From Lama guanicoe (taxonomy: Eukaryota), in the NCBI GenBank assembly GCA_013239625.1, contig MU053873.1, forward strand, positions 2,184,524 through 2,248,523: 64,000 nucleotides of DNA, read 5' to 3'. This document shows, piece by piece, positions 11,195-22,959 of this stretch. How positions within the stretch are numbered: position 1 is the stretch's first letter; every line of letters begins with the position of its first letter. A program made the translations under genes and the position numbers. The notes under the pieces were generated by a model. That model had not been told where the DNA came from. It made no database searches and saw only the letters and a program-made list of their open reading frames with translations.

Positions 11195-11691
11195 CTCTGC
11201 ATTGTTATCTGCCCCTTCAGGTCCTCTGTGCACCCTCTCCCTTCTGTACAGACCCTAGGAAGTTGTCTTCCATGGGCTGCATCGGCAGTCTCCCCTGCCC
11301 TCCAGACGCTGGCTGGGTCAGCCAGTAGGGAGCTTCGGCAGGAGACCCGAGGGCGGGACAAGAGAGAGGCAGGGGTATTTACTCCCTGGCCCCATCTTTC
11401 CTCCCGGCAGTGTTGCTACAGACCTCTTCACTTGTCTGAAGGTCTTATCTCCTTCTGCTGGGCAGCCCTGTCTGCCTAGCGCTCTCTCTCTCCCTAGGTA
11501 CCTGGACACCCTATCCAGGTCTCCTTTTCACATCTCAGAGTGGGAATAGCATCCTGCGCTTAGCGACCCTGGGACGTTGTACCATTCCTAGTGGTTTCCC
11601 TACACTCTGCCCTATCTTGGTGAATAAGTTCCCTTATTAAACGGTCCCATTGAAACATGCCATCTCTTTTCAGCAAAGATTCAGTCTATAC
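11195..11691 (+). mobile_element. LTR33-like ERVL solo LTR
   Basis: atctgccccttcagg..., caggagacccgagggcgggacaagagagaggcaggggtatttactccctggc, ends ...ctataca. Confidence 0.75.
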
Positions 11692-11704
11692 ATCCTGGAG
11701 AAGT

Positions 11705-11830
11705 AGTTATAATTTGCCACCTTATACAGAAGAGGGAACTGAGACTCAGAGAGTCTGAGCAAATCACACAAGGCTACAGGGAAATTATGGGCAGAGCTGG
11801 AATCTCCTGACCATCTGATGAACTATGCCT
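11705..11830 (-). mobile_element. MIR remnant
   Basis: acagaagagggaactgagactcagagag...ggcagagctggaat. Confidence 0.7.
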
Positions 11831-12069
11831 GACACCAGTTAATCCACTGGTCACACATGCACATATAGCAATGCCCAACTGCCATTCCGTCACCTGAATG
11901 ATAATTTCCAAATGCATTAGAGTATGGCCCCAGTCACCTCTCCAACCCGTCACACACATCCACACTCACCTGATCTGCCTCTGATCAAATTAACCTCCTC
12001 AGGAGCAACTGCTCCTTCTGCAAGGCTCCAGAGAGCAGCACTGGTTTCATCAAGTTCAGGTTTAGGCTG

Positions 12070-12200
12070 AGTAGTTATGAGAGTGAGTGAGCTCCCTGTC
12101 ACTGGAGGTATGCAAGCAAAAATGGACCAAACATCTCTCTGACAAGGAGGCTGAATAGAAGATTCCTACAAGAGGTGGAGGCAGAGGTGATTAAGCTCCA
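12070..12200 (+). mobile_element. CR1/L3 LINE 3' remnant
   Basis: gtgagctccctgtcactggaggtatgcaagca...gattcct, characteristic of the L3 3' region. Confidence 0.65.
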
Positions 12201-12214
12201 GAATGCCCACCCAG

Positions 12215-12390
12215 GATCTGAGTTGCTCATTACCGGATCACAAAGAAGTGAATATTCAAAATGCAGATTCCTGGGCCACATCCTGGGAGATTCTGACTCC
12301 ACAGGTCAGAATCTGGGACTCAGACAATTACATTTTATGTGAAACCCCCCACCAAGGTCTGAATTATAGATTCCATAACATTTGAGCTCC
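12215..12390. mobile_element. MER5-like hAT-Charlie MITE
   Basis: aaaatgcagattcctgggccacatcctgggagattctgactc. Confidence 0.7.
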
Positions 12391-12639
12391 CCTCCAGCTC
12401 AGTGACTAGATAACTCAAAGCCCATGCCTTCAGGGCCAAGGCTGTGAGGTCCCTTAGCCAGTCAACAAACACTCTGGCCAGTAGGCTGAACAGGGACGGG
12501 GATGCAGCAATAAAGCCGAGTCCTGGGTTCTAGTCTGACTTGGAACACTCAGCCTCCTGCCAGGACTGGGGGTGGGAGGGAAGAAATATGCATGTGCAGG
12601 GCCACCAGGGCCACTACTTTGAACAGTGTAACAGGAAGG

Positions 12640-13098
12640 TGTAGGTTCAAATCCATGAGTTGCTTGACGTGGGGGTGAGTGATTTCACAGCCCAACCTGT
12701 TTCCTCATCTGCCAAACAGGAAGAACAGAAACACGGGTCCCCAGTCCCTCATCCAAATCTCTGGGGGCCAGATCTCTTTCAGATTTCAGAGATGTCACCT
12801 GTGGGCTGGACCAGTGCCCAGGAGCATCACACGAGCATTGGGGCAGCAGGACCTGTGGGCTCCCACTAGGCAGGATTTGTAAAGACCCTGGAAAGCCTCG
12901 CATCAGGTTAGGTCAGGACTGCTGCCAAATGCATTACTGAAATACTTGAATTTTCCAGAGCTTTTTGGATTACAGAACTGAGACCGAGGCATTGAATCTA
13001 CCTAAAAAAGTTTCTTGTGAGGATTAAAACAAATCCTGCATACAAAGTGCCTGGCATATTGCAACAACTCAATAAACCTTAGCTGATTATGATCATTA
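12640..13098 (+). mobile_element. MIR split by a Tigger-type DNA element (12731-13000)
   Basis: MIR core tttcctcatctg before the insert and tail ttgtgaggattaaa...aaagtgcctggcat...ctcaataaa after; insert has cagagctttttggatt...Tigger12/13-like sequence. Confidence 0.65.
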
Positions 13099-13769
13099 GC
13101 AGTGGCGTCTCTAGCAGTAGAATGCTTAGCGTAAGTGCCTTAGAAATAGTAAACGCTAAAAAAAATTTTTTTTGAATTTTCCGTGATGATTATTATAAGT
13201 TTTGACCAGCGTCCAATTCTGCATCCTCTCCATGGCTTCTTGGATGACCTGAGGAGGTGCTGGCCCCAAAGCTGGGGGTGGGGGCTTTCTGCTCCCCACA
13301 GAGACCCAGACCCTTCCCTGGGTCATGTGACAGACCCAGCGACACCCCCACCCTTTCTTCATTCATCACAGTGAGGTCTTTCTGTTCAGTAAACTGGATA
13401 TTAAAAACAAATGTACCTAATTAGAAATAAAATGTTTCCAACCAGCTCGAAATAAAATAAAATGTAATTACTAATGATATTTAAATGTTGTAGATATTTC
13501 ATTTTTTTTAAATCCCCTTAATTTAAAATGAGGTATGACTTTAATTTAGTCCAGAATGCATTAAGTGAGGAGGAGAGTGGCCCGGCTCTCGGTTCAAGGT
13601 CTCGTCCTGCTGAGTGAGAAGGAAGGCCAAGACTTCCCAGAGCATCCTCTGGCCTGGCAAACTGGCATGAAGGATTTTTTTAAGAGGGGTTGGGAGGTGT
13701 CTCCCAAGGAACCCTGTGTTTTCTTTAAGGATCTTAGATGCACCCCTTGACTGGGGAGAAAGTTTTCAC

Positions 13770-13960
13770 CCAGACTTTAGCAAATCCAGGTTTCTGTATT
13801 GACTCCACCCTCAACACACTATTTGCGCAAGTCCCTGCACCTTCTGTGCCTCAGTGTCTTTTCTGTAAAGGGAGCGTGCCAAGCCCTTCTTGAAGAGAGA
13901 TTGATGAAGTTAAAAGAGGTGCATGTCTCTGGGCCACCAGCAACACTTTTGATAAGATAG
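13770..13960 (+). mobile_element. MIR remnant
   Basis: ttctgtgcctcagtgtcttttctgtaaaggga. Confidence 0.6.
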
Positions 13961-14042
13961 TGCTTATGAGAACGGAAAAGGGGCAACTTCAAGTTGCAAA
14001 TATTTCAGAGTTGATTGTCATGGTCACATCACTGACACCATC

Positions 14043-14225
14043 TTTTTTTTTTTTTTTTTGACAGTCAGTTCACAATGTTGTGTCAGTTTCTGGTGTACAG
14101 TGTAATGTTTCAGCCATCCATGGATGTACGCATATTCCCTTTCATATTCTTTTTCATTATAGGTTACTGTAAGATACTGAATATAGTTCCCTATGCTCTA
14201 CAAAAGAAACCTGTTTATTTTCTAG
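14043..14225 (-). mobile_element. Young 5'-truncated L1 3' end (camelid-type)
   Basis: Uninterrupted T17 tail; cattataggttactgtaagatactgaatatagttccctatgct; TSD accatc at 14037-14042 and 14226-14231; homologous to 23729-23900. Confidence 0.85.
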
Positions 14226-14909
14226 ACCATCCTAAGTTTTTAGAGTAAATTCCCTTTTTCTTTCTCCTTGAAATGGGCAAAGTGGAAATGGCCTTTCTTT
14301 GCTTGATAATTAAAGCTCTCTGTTGTCGTTGCGTGATGGTTAGTTAATGCAGCCTATGTAACAAAGCAGAAAACAAAATTATCCTGCCGCTTAGGGAAAG
14401 CCACAAGAAATGCCTTGACGTGTTTTCCTATGTCTTTTTTTTTTTAAGAAAAAAACACAAACATTGGTGATTTCATATTGCATACCTACTTTCATACACT
14501 AATTATTTTATTTTGCCCTTATTTTCCATCCTAAACATTTTCTCATTAACAAGGCTTTCCCCCTGTCACACGGAGAGCTACGTAATTCCTGTGTGTCTAC
14601 ATCCAAGACCCCTACTGTTACCTTTTGGAGGATGCCGCCTAAACTTTGCCATTATAAAGAAAGCCACGATGAACACCTTGCCCTGAGGGCTTCCCTGCAT
14701 CCCTGATTATTCTGTAGGCTGGATCTGAGCAGGTAGATCTTCAGACTAAAAGAATCTCAAAATGTTTCAGATCCTTGCTTCTTTCCTTGCTATCAGCCAA
14801 GCTAGAGACACCAGAACATATCAGATTCATTTACTTTTTCATTCAACATCTAATTCGACATTTACCATGTGTAAGGCAGTTTTCACTCTCAAAGAATAAA
14901 ATATGATCC

Positions 14910-14975
14910 CAACCATCCATCCATCCATCCAACCACCCGTCCGTCCGTCCGTACGTCCATCCACCCATCCATCCA
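14910..14975. repeat. (TCCA)n/(TCCG)n tetranucleotide repeat
   Basis: Directly visible. Confidence 0.85.
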
Positions 14976-15327
14976 CTTCTATTTTTCATATATCTTTCTG
15001 CTCAGGCTTCTGCTTTCAGTCTGTGTCCCTTTTTTTATCCCGTTCTGCCCATCTGATGCTCTTGGCAAATATTTTCCCTCTCGCCTCATCCAGCCCCTCC
15101 CTTTTTTCCGACCGCGGGCCTCCTGTTGTTTTGCTGTGATGCCTGCCTGTGTGCACCTGTCTCCCGGCCTGACTGAGTTCTTCGGAGGAAAAGGCTGGGA
15201 CTGGTTTGTCTCCAGGCCCTGAAACAGCACAAAGCCCCGCTCACACCACCAAGTGTCCATAAATATCCACTGAATGAGCGTCTGTCCTTTGTCCATCCAT
15301 CCATCCAGTTTCTGTCCTATTATCTAC

Positions 15328-15690
15328 TTTTTAAAATGACTGAGCTGTAAAATTTACATACAGGAAAGTGTATACCAAAGTACACCAATCTTCACGTTAC
15401 AGCGTATGGACTTTTACATACGCGGATGCTCATGGGACCATCAGCTAGATCAAGACTGAGAATATTTCCAACACCCCCCGTCCCCCGGTTAATGTCCCCC
15501 CCCCAGGTAACCATTCTTCTGACCCCTCCTGCATAGCTTGCTTTTGCCTGGCTTGAAACTCATGCAGATGGAATGGTACAGTTTCTCCTCTTTTGTGTCT
15601 GGCTGTTTGCTAATGTGTAGTCTGTGAGATCCGTGCATGGATGTAACAGTAGATGGTTCTTTATTGTGTGAGATGTCATGTTTATAGAGA
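15328..15690 (-). mobile_element. L1ME-type 3' remnant
   Basis: agatcaagactgagaatatttccaac, ggtaaccattcttctgac, gcttttgcctggcttgaaactcat...ggaat. Confidence 0.75.
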
Positions 15691-16099
15691 GACCAAACTT
15701 CCCTCCTTTCACCCCCCCTTCCTTCCTTCTCCTCTCCCATCTCCCTCCCTCCTCCCTCGACTCTGATGTGGGTCCGTGTCAGACCCTGTGCTCAGCCCCA
15801 GCCGCACAGAGCTCGGCAAGGCTCAGCCCTTAGGAGACAGACGGGGACAGAGGTCTTCATCGTCCAGGGAGGTGAGTGTGATGACAAGGGCACAGGGGCC
15901 CCGTGACAGAGGGAACGATGGGTCCTGGTCCCGTCCTGTCCGGACTGCCTGCTCGCTGCCTGTTTGTCAGTGCCTCCATCCATCTGTCCATCCATCCGCC
16001 TGCCCATCCTGCACCAATGACCCTTCCTGAGGTTGGCGACCTGGACAGTCAGCCTCCCTCGCCTCCTCCTCCTCCCACCAGACTTCCCCTCCCTTGTCC

Positions 16100-16640
16100 C
16101 CCCCTCCCCACCGTGTGAGCAGCCATCCCGCACAACCGCCAACTGCACCCCAGTGGGCGCCAGGAGCCCACGTTGGAGCCCGATTTGCTTTGGGGTAAGG
16201 GAGGGAAAAAAAAAACATGGCCAAATGTTGGGAATTGGGCGTTTGGAGTTCGCACTCCAGGACGCCGAGCCGGGGGAGATCACACCTCCCTTGGCCAGGC
16301 GCCCCTCAGTCTGCCCTGCAGGCTGCTGAGCCCAAGCGGCAACTGCGGCGCGACCCTCCCCCTGGGCCCCCAGAGGGAGGGCGGGGGCGGCTGCGGCGCC
16401 TCAGCTGCGGGAGCTGACACCCCGCGTGGGGACCTTCTGTCTGGGGGGTGGGCGTCGCTCCCACCCTGTCCGCCCTCCCCTTGCAGGGCTGGCCTCCCAG
16501 GGGTGCCAGGAGGGGAGGGGAGGATGGGGATGGGGGAGAAGGCGGGGCCCCTGCTTCCTTCCCGAGCCCGGGGAGCCTCACACCTGCCTGAAGTCCAGCC
16601 CGGCAGCACAGCCCACGGCCTGAAGCACGTGGACGTGTCG
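16100..16640. promoter_or_regulatory. GC/CpG-rich island-like segment (orphan CpG island or enhancer candidate)
   Basis: Visibly high CpG density (gcggcgcg, ggcggctgcggcgcc), GC boxes and G-runs; repeat-free. Confidence 0.5.
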
Positions 16641-17070
16641 GGTGACCTCAGACAAGTCATTTCCCCGCTGAGCCCCTGTTTCCTCTTCTCCGATGTGGGA
16701 ATTAAGGAGGGAATGATCCTTTGAGGACTAGGCAAGATAACGCATGGGCCTCCAGTAAGGCCCTGACAAACAGCATTACGGTTGCTCTGAATAGAAAGCC
16801 TCATGCTGGTGGCTCCATGATAAGCCTTTCCCCTGCTCTGAGCCTCGGTTCCCCCATCGGCCACATCTCCCACCCATTGCTGCCTCTCTCTGCCGCCTCT
16901 GACCTCCAGGAAGAAATGCTGCAGGAGCAGGGAGAAAACCTGAATCACAGTGGGCTGTGTGACCTGAGGAAGGTGTCTTCCCCTCTCTGGGCTTCCATTT
17001 TTCTAATTGCAAAATGGAGATTATTTGGTCTGTTGACTCTGAAGGGCATTCCAACCACGGCAATCAGATT
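16620..17070. mobile_element. Cluster of MIR fragments in both orientations
   Basis: gtgacctcagacaagtcatttcccc; ctctgagcctcggttcccc; tgtgtgacctgaggaagg...ctctctgggcttccatttt. Confidence 0.6.
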
Positions 17071-17388
17071 TTTGTTCGTTTAAAATTCATGATAACAAAT
17101 GGTCTTTTTTTATGAGTCTCAGATACAGATATCTTTTGTGTGTGGAAACTCCACCTTTTGCCAACACAAAACAACTCCTAGCTGTTCTGGAGGTCCCAGA
17201 CAAGCAATTTCTGGTGGCTGTGTGTCCCCAGCAAGCGATGATGTGTTCCAGGCGTTATCCAAGTCCTCACTCCAGGCTGGCCCACCCTTCCTCTTTTTCA
17301 TCATCATCTTTGGCTTCCTCTCTTATTTTCTTCATTTCTGCTGTGGTCTCTCTTTCTTTCCTCTCTTTCATTCCTGTTTCATTCTCTC

Positions 17389-17764
17389 TGCCTAAAGGAC
17401 TGAATTGTGTCTCTCCCCAGATTCACAGGTTGAAGCCATAACTCCCCTCCAGTGTGACTGTATTTGGAGATGGGGCCTTTGGGGAGGTTAATTAAGGTCA
17501 AGTGAGGTCATAAGGGTGGGGCCCTGATCCGATAGGACTGGTGTCCTCATAAGAAGAGACACTGGAGACCTCTCCCTCCGAGCACTCACAGAAGGAAGGC
17601 CATGCGAGGACGCAGTGAGAAGGTGGCCGTCTGTAAGCCAGGAAGAGAGCTCCCACCAGAAACTGAATTGGAACTTGGACTTTCGGCCTCTAGAAAATAA
17701 ATTTCTTCCATTTAAACCACCCAGTCTGTGGTATTTGGTTATGGCAGCCCAAGCTGATAATACA
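17389..17764 (+). mobile_element. MLT1A-type MaLR solo LTR, near complete
   Basis: tg...ggactgaattgtgtc through acccagtctgtggtatttggttatggcagcccaagctgataataca. Confidence 0.9.
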
Positions 17765-17869
17765 GTCTGTATGAAAAGATTTCCATGAATTGTCTTTGCT
17801 TGGAGTACTCTTGCTATGACTCTCTTGGTGGGTCTACACTAGGCCTGGGGCGTGGGTGGGTTCGCAGGA

Positions 17870-18230
17870 CTGAGATGCCCGTGGATGGGGCTTCAGACCC
17901 CAGCCCACCTGTGACTGTCCTGGGAGCATGAACGCACCATTGCTAAGCCTCTACTTCCTCATCTGTGAAATGGGCGTGATGGCTCCTGTTGTGTCCACCC
18001 CACCGTGGTAGAGGGACAGCCTTCCAGGTGTCATCCTCATCATCCCCACAACCTCTGCACTTATTTCCACCACAGCCCTTTCACACGATGTCCCATAATA
18101 TGTTGACCTGGCCATTCTCTTTCCAGGTGTGAGCTCCTTGAAGACACTGTGGTTCCCCAGGGCCTGCCATGATTCCTGCCACAGAGTGTGTGCTCAGAAA
18201 ATACGTACTGAATGGATGAATAAGTAAAGA
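17870..18230 (+). mobile_element. MIR followed by L2 3' end
   Basis: cttcctcatctgtgaaatggg; tgtgagctccttgaagac...tgaatggatgaa. Confidence 0.65.
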
Positions 18231-18254
18231 GATCACTGGAAAACTTTTTTTGGA

Positions 18255-18440
18255 GTCTTTCTTAACAGTGTCTTTTGTAAAGCAAAATTATTTAATTTTG
18301 ATGAAGTCCAATATATTGATTTTTTTTCTTTTATAGTTCATGTATTTCTGTTCTTTTCATATCTAATTTTAGAAATCTACCAAACTCAAGGCCACTAAGA
18401 ATTTTACCCTATGTTTCCTTCTAGGAATTTCATATTTCTT
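18255..18440 (-). mobile_element. L1 ORF2 3' fragment
   Basis: tttaattttgatgaagtccaat...cctatgtttccttctagga. Confidence 0.75.
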
Positions 18441-18724
18441 GAGGTCATGTGTCTGTCACATTCATCTGCGTGACTCAAGTTCTTAGAAGCATGGTGCCTG
18501 GCACATGTCTCAATAAATGAAAAAATGGATGGATGGATGAAAAGTGAATGAACAATTTGCTCTAATCTTTACCTACTGAATCCATGTCCATCAAGTTGAG
18601 AAGTGTGGCCAAACAGGTGGGCAAAAAAGCCCCACAAAAGTGCCCAACCAACTTGTTCTCCTGGAAACTTAACTAAAACCTATCTCGAGCAGATTCCCCT
18701 CTTTGAAAGATGATCGAAATTCTG

Positions 18725-19713
18725 TACTGTGCAGAAAAACCACTAACAGTAAAAGCAAATGTTTGCAAATTGGGGCTGTATTGAAATTTGAAAACAGCTC
18801 TTTACCAAAAGACAATAAGAGAGTGAAAAGGCAGGAGGCAGAGAAGAGCGAGGGAAGATTTGTAACCCCTCCAACGGACAAAGACAAGTATCCAGAGTAA
18901 AAAAAGGGACAGACAACCCAACAGAAGGATGGACAAAATGTTAGAATGAGCCCTTCCCCACAGAAGACGTACAAATGGCCAACAAACATGTATAAATTGT
19001 GCAACCTCACCAGTCACTAGGAAAATGCAAATGAAGAGACACTGAGATCCCACTACACACCCACCTGAATGATGAAAACCAGTGAGACAGATACTGTCAC
19101 GTGCTGGCGAGGATGTGGAGCACCTGGAATGCTCCTAGACTGCTGCTGGGAATGCAGAATGGGACAGCCACTGTGGAGAGCTACTGGGAGCAGCTAGTAA
19201 AAGTGAACAAGCACCTGCCCTACAGACGAGCTCTTCCTCCCAGGTACACACCCCGGAGAATCATCTATGCGTGTTCACCAAAGATCTGCACAAGAATGTC
19301 TGCAGCAGCAGGATCTGTAAAAGCCCCAAACTGGAAACTCTCCACACGTCCACCAACTACAGAACGGCAGGGATGAAACTCACAAAATAACATTGAACGA
19401 AAGAAGCCAGACACAAGAGGATGCACTGTACGATTCTGTTTACTTAAAAGTTCAGAACTGAGCAAAAATAATCTATGGAGGTGGAAATCGGGACAGTGGG
19501 GATCTTGGCTGTGCCAGGAGAGGGGAACGTTGGCAGAGGAGCACGAGGGAGCTTCCGGGGAAAGGGGCAGCGGGTCATTCCTATTCGTTTACCCAGGTGC
19601 TAATCCTTGGGTGTGTCCACTTTCTAGAAAGCCACCAAGCTGCACACTCACGAGCCATTCACTTTTCTGTGTACTTGTCACCCATCAAACATTTTTTTTT
19701 TAATTTAAAAAAA
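18725..19713 (+). mobile_element. L1ME-type ORF2 end and 3' UTR
   Basis: acaaatggccaacaaacatg, ggaaaatgcaaat, ggcgaggatgtggagc, aagccccaaactggaaac, aagaagccagacacaag; degenerate. Confidence 0.85.
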
Positions 19714-19859
19714 CATACTGCCCTGCCAAGTTAAGTTTAGGACAATTTTGCCAGCCACCCTGCTGGGCCTTGGCGCCCTCTGGGCTGGGGTGGGGGTGGG
19801 GGGGGCAGTGCATTGCCTCTGCTTGCCACCCTCAGAGCCCGAACCAGAGAGAAAAAATC

Positions 19860-20560
19860 TTTTTTCCTTTCCCTACTTATTCTTTTCTCTGCCTTGGCCC
19901 GGAGCTATTGTACGTATGCAAATGAGGCGATGTCAGCATTGAGGCAAGCTCAACTATTTATAGCTGGAGTCTTGCAACACTTATCACAGCCGCTGCAGAC
20001 TTCAGAAAGCCGAAACACACACACACACACACATGCACACGCACGCACGCACACGCACACACGCTACACAGAGTATATTTTTTTCCCCGGGATATAAATT
20101 TCCCATCCCATTGCAGTCTGGGCCGTCGCATGCAACATTGATTGTCTGTTATATTACATTTATTAAGAAGTGATAACTTGTAATAATTGGATGTTAAATT
20201 AAAGAACTCTCTCCTAGTTATTGCCGTCTCAATTATAACTGTCGTTGGCTGGCAGTTATAATGATATATGAGGGTTGTATTTTATGCAGCCGACCATGAC
20301 CTGGTGAGTAATATTCCCCCAGCTATGGGGGCACTCATGCACTCCTTGGCTCCTGATGCCTTGCTTGGGTGCTGATTGGAATATTAAGTTTCTGCAAGAC
20401 TGCGGCGCCGAAATCCACACAGGGAACCGCGACTCGGCAGCTGAGAGCCCCCTCCCCCAATTTCCATCCCCACCCCCCATTGTCCATCTCCTTTCTGCTT
20501 TGTTTTATGGTTATAGGAATCAGGTTTATTTGGTGAGTTATAAAGTCATAAAACGTGGGT
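19860..20560. promoter_or_regulatory. Repeat-free enhancer-like block (SOX-octamer, MEF2, homeodomain sites)
   Basis: TATTGTA-cgt-ATGCAAAT 19906-19923, CTATTTATAG 19954-19963, several TAAT and TTTATG motifs. Confidence 0.5.
20015..20063. repeat. (CA)n/(CACG)n microsatellite
   Basis: Directly visible alternating purine-pyrimidine tract. Confidence 0.9.
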
Positions 20561-21099
20561 GAGAGCGTGTTTGTGGTTTCCTTTTAGATGAAGCCGCGGC
20601 AATTAGCTCTGGGGTCCTAATGTCAGTGGACGGGGGGCAGCTGGAGGCGGGATGCGGTTGGGGTGGCTGGGTGGGTGGATGGACTGGATTTATTTAGAAG
20701 AATCCATCCGATGGAGAATTTGGCTGTGTTTCCGCAGGGATGTCAGGGAGAAGGAGTGGCTCCCGGGGCCCAGAGCAGAGATTTTGGTGGGGATTTGAGA
20801 GCTCACAGTGGTTGCTACTTGTGGAGACTTCTGGCCTCTCCGCAGGTGAGAGGGGCTGACTGCCAGGCTCTGTGGGTCCCCTTGCGTGCCCAGATCTTGG
20901 GGACAAGGCAGACTCTAGCCAGACAGCAGCGTCGGCCGGTTACTGAGGCATCTTTCTCATCTACCCCCTTCCTTTCATCAGAGCTGGCTTTTGGCATATC
21001 AGAGGGGCTGCTGGACATTCAGGGAGGGACTATTATGACCCTGGCCCTTGGGAGCCTCCTGCACACCGTGCAGACTTTCGCCGGCAGGAGTTACCCTTC

Positions 21100-21546
21100 T
21101 GTGTTAATGTCCTACGGCTGTTGTAGCAAAATCCCACAAACTGGGTGGCTTCAAACAACAGAAATGTATTTTCTCAAGGTTCTGCAGGCTAGAAGTCCAA
21201 CATCACGGTGCCTGGAGGGCCATACTCCCTCTGCAGTTACCGGGGGAGAGCTCTTCCTCGCCTCCTCCAGTTTCTGGTGGCCTCAGGTGTCCCGTGGTTT
21301 GTGGCGGCCTCCCTCCCATCACTGCCTCTCGTTCCCAGTGCTGCCCCCTCTCCGTGTCTGTGTGCGACCAAATTTCCCTCTTCTCACGGCAGTAACAGTC
21401 ATTGGGTTTAGGGTGCACCCTAAGCCAGTATGATTTTGTTTTAGTTAATTATATCCGCCAAGACCTTATTTCCAAATAAGGTCACATTCCCAGGGGTTGG
21501 GACTTCAGCATACCTCTTGGCGGTGGGGCACGTTCAACCCATGACA
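21100..21546 (-). mobile_element. MLT1C-like solo LTR, near complete
   Basis: cacaaactgggtggcttcaaacaacagaaatgtatt...ttatttccaaataaggtcacattc...ttcaacccatgaca. Confidence 0.9.
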
Positions 21547-21569
21547 TGCTCAAATTTTGGGGGGTGAGA

Positions 21570-21670
21570 ATACTATTAGGTACCTGGAGGGAGTCCCCAA
21601 GGTCACACAGCCAGCAAATGGCAGAGCTGGGATTCAAGTGAGTTCTGTCTGAAGCATGATTTTTCACTGC
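21570..21670 (-). mobile_element. MIR fragment
   Basis: cccaaggtcacacagccagcaaatggcagagctgggattcaa. Confidence 0.75.
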
Positions 21671-21829
21671 CTCTTTCTGCCTGGTCAGCCTCTAGATATC
21701 TCGGTCAGGCTCAGGGGAAGTCAGACTCCTTGTGGATGGGATGCTCTGGGTCTCACTAGAAGGTGCCCCTTGGTGTCTTTCTAAAATCAAAAGGGCCAGT
21801 GAATTAATCATTGCTTAAGTCACAGGCAT

Positions 21830-22830
21830 CATCCACTCAACAAATATTTACTCAGTACCCCTCTTCCCGAACAAACCTCAAGCCTTCCAGTGCAGAGAGG
21901 AAAAGAGATCATGCATGAATGAAAAGATAGCAGATATAGAAGGAAAGAAGGAGCCAGGTGCCAGGGAGAAACATAAAGCAGGAATTGGGGCTGGGGAGTA
22001 TTTCAATTTTGTTACCCTCCCTGAGGTGACAGCCCAGAGAGACCTGGAATTGGCGAGGGAGTGGCCACGATGGAGAGAAGCATTCCAACTAGTGCAAAGG
22101 CCCTGCGGCCACCATGCCAGTGAGGCTGTGGCGGGCGGAATGGCGAGGATGTCGGCTTTTCCTCCAAGGGAGCTGGGATGCACTGTGGGGTCTGCAGTGG
22201 AGGAGTAATGGACCTGACATCCATGTCAGCCTTTAGTTAGACTGTGGGGGGGTCATGCAGAAAGCATGAAGTTATCTGGAGTTTGCTGCAATAATCGTGC
22301 CAAGAGGTGACGGTGGCCTGGGCTTGGGTAGCAGCTGTGGAGGTGGTGAGACGTGTTCGGACCCTGGAACAGTTAGGGAGTTAGAGCCAACAGCATTAGC
22401 CGTATGTGGAGCATGAGCTGCAGAGAGGCTTCCAGAATGAGTCCAAGATTATTCCCTGAAATGGGGACAGAAGAAGGTCGGCGCTGTCCTTCACTGACAT
22501 GGGGACACTGTGTGGTGGGACGGGTTGGGGGAATCAGGGCCAGCTGTTTTTAGAATTACCCAGATTCTACTTTTATTTCCCAGGAATTGTTAATGGGCTT
22601 TGCAGGTGACAAAAACTAGCCAAGACATTCTTTTTAAAAATGTTATAAATACAAATATAGGGTTTAAATTAATCATCTTAAAAAATTTTGTCTCTTTTTA
22701 TATTTAAATAGCTATTAGGGTCGGCTTTGATCATGTTAAGTTTGGTGTCATTTCAATATCAAACTGGAGGTGAGAAGGAGGCAGCTGGGCGTGCAAGGCT
22801 GGACTTCAGGAGAAATTCCAGGCTGGAGAA
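21830..22830 (-). mobile_element. L2 (L2a-like) with an AT-rich insert at ~22536-22720
   Basis: actcaacaaatatttact tail, gtgcaaaggccctg, and gatcatgttaagtttg...ggaggcagctgg resuming after the insert. Confidence 0.75.
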
Positions 22831-22959
22831 AGGAAAGGACCACGGGATGTCCCTGGAGTCAGGAGGAGAGAGCTAGATGCTGGGAATCTTGACCACTGCC
22901 CAGAGCCCGTCCCATCCCTAGATCTGATCATTCCGCAAGAAATCAACCTTGGTTCAGGA

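Noticed and set aside
15792..16948. Overlapping 160-220 aa ORFs on both strands
   Set aside because: GC-rich, stop-poor sequence with Pro/Gly/Arg-biased translations; partly inside MIR remnants
20663..21433. Longest ORF in the track (256 aa)
   Set aside because: Starts at GTG, its 3' part runs through an antisense MLT1C LTR, and there is no recognisable domain
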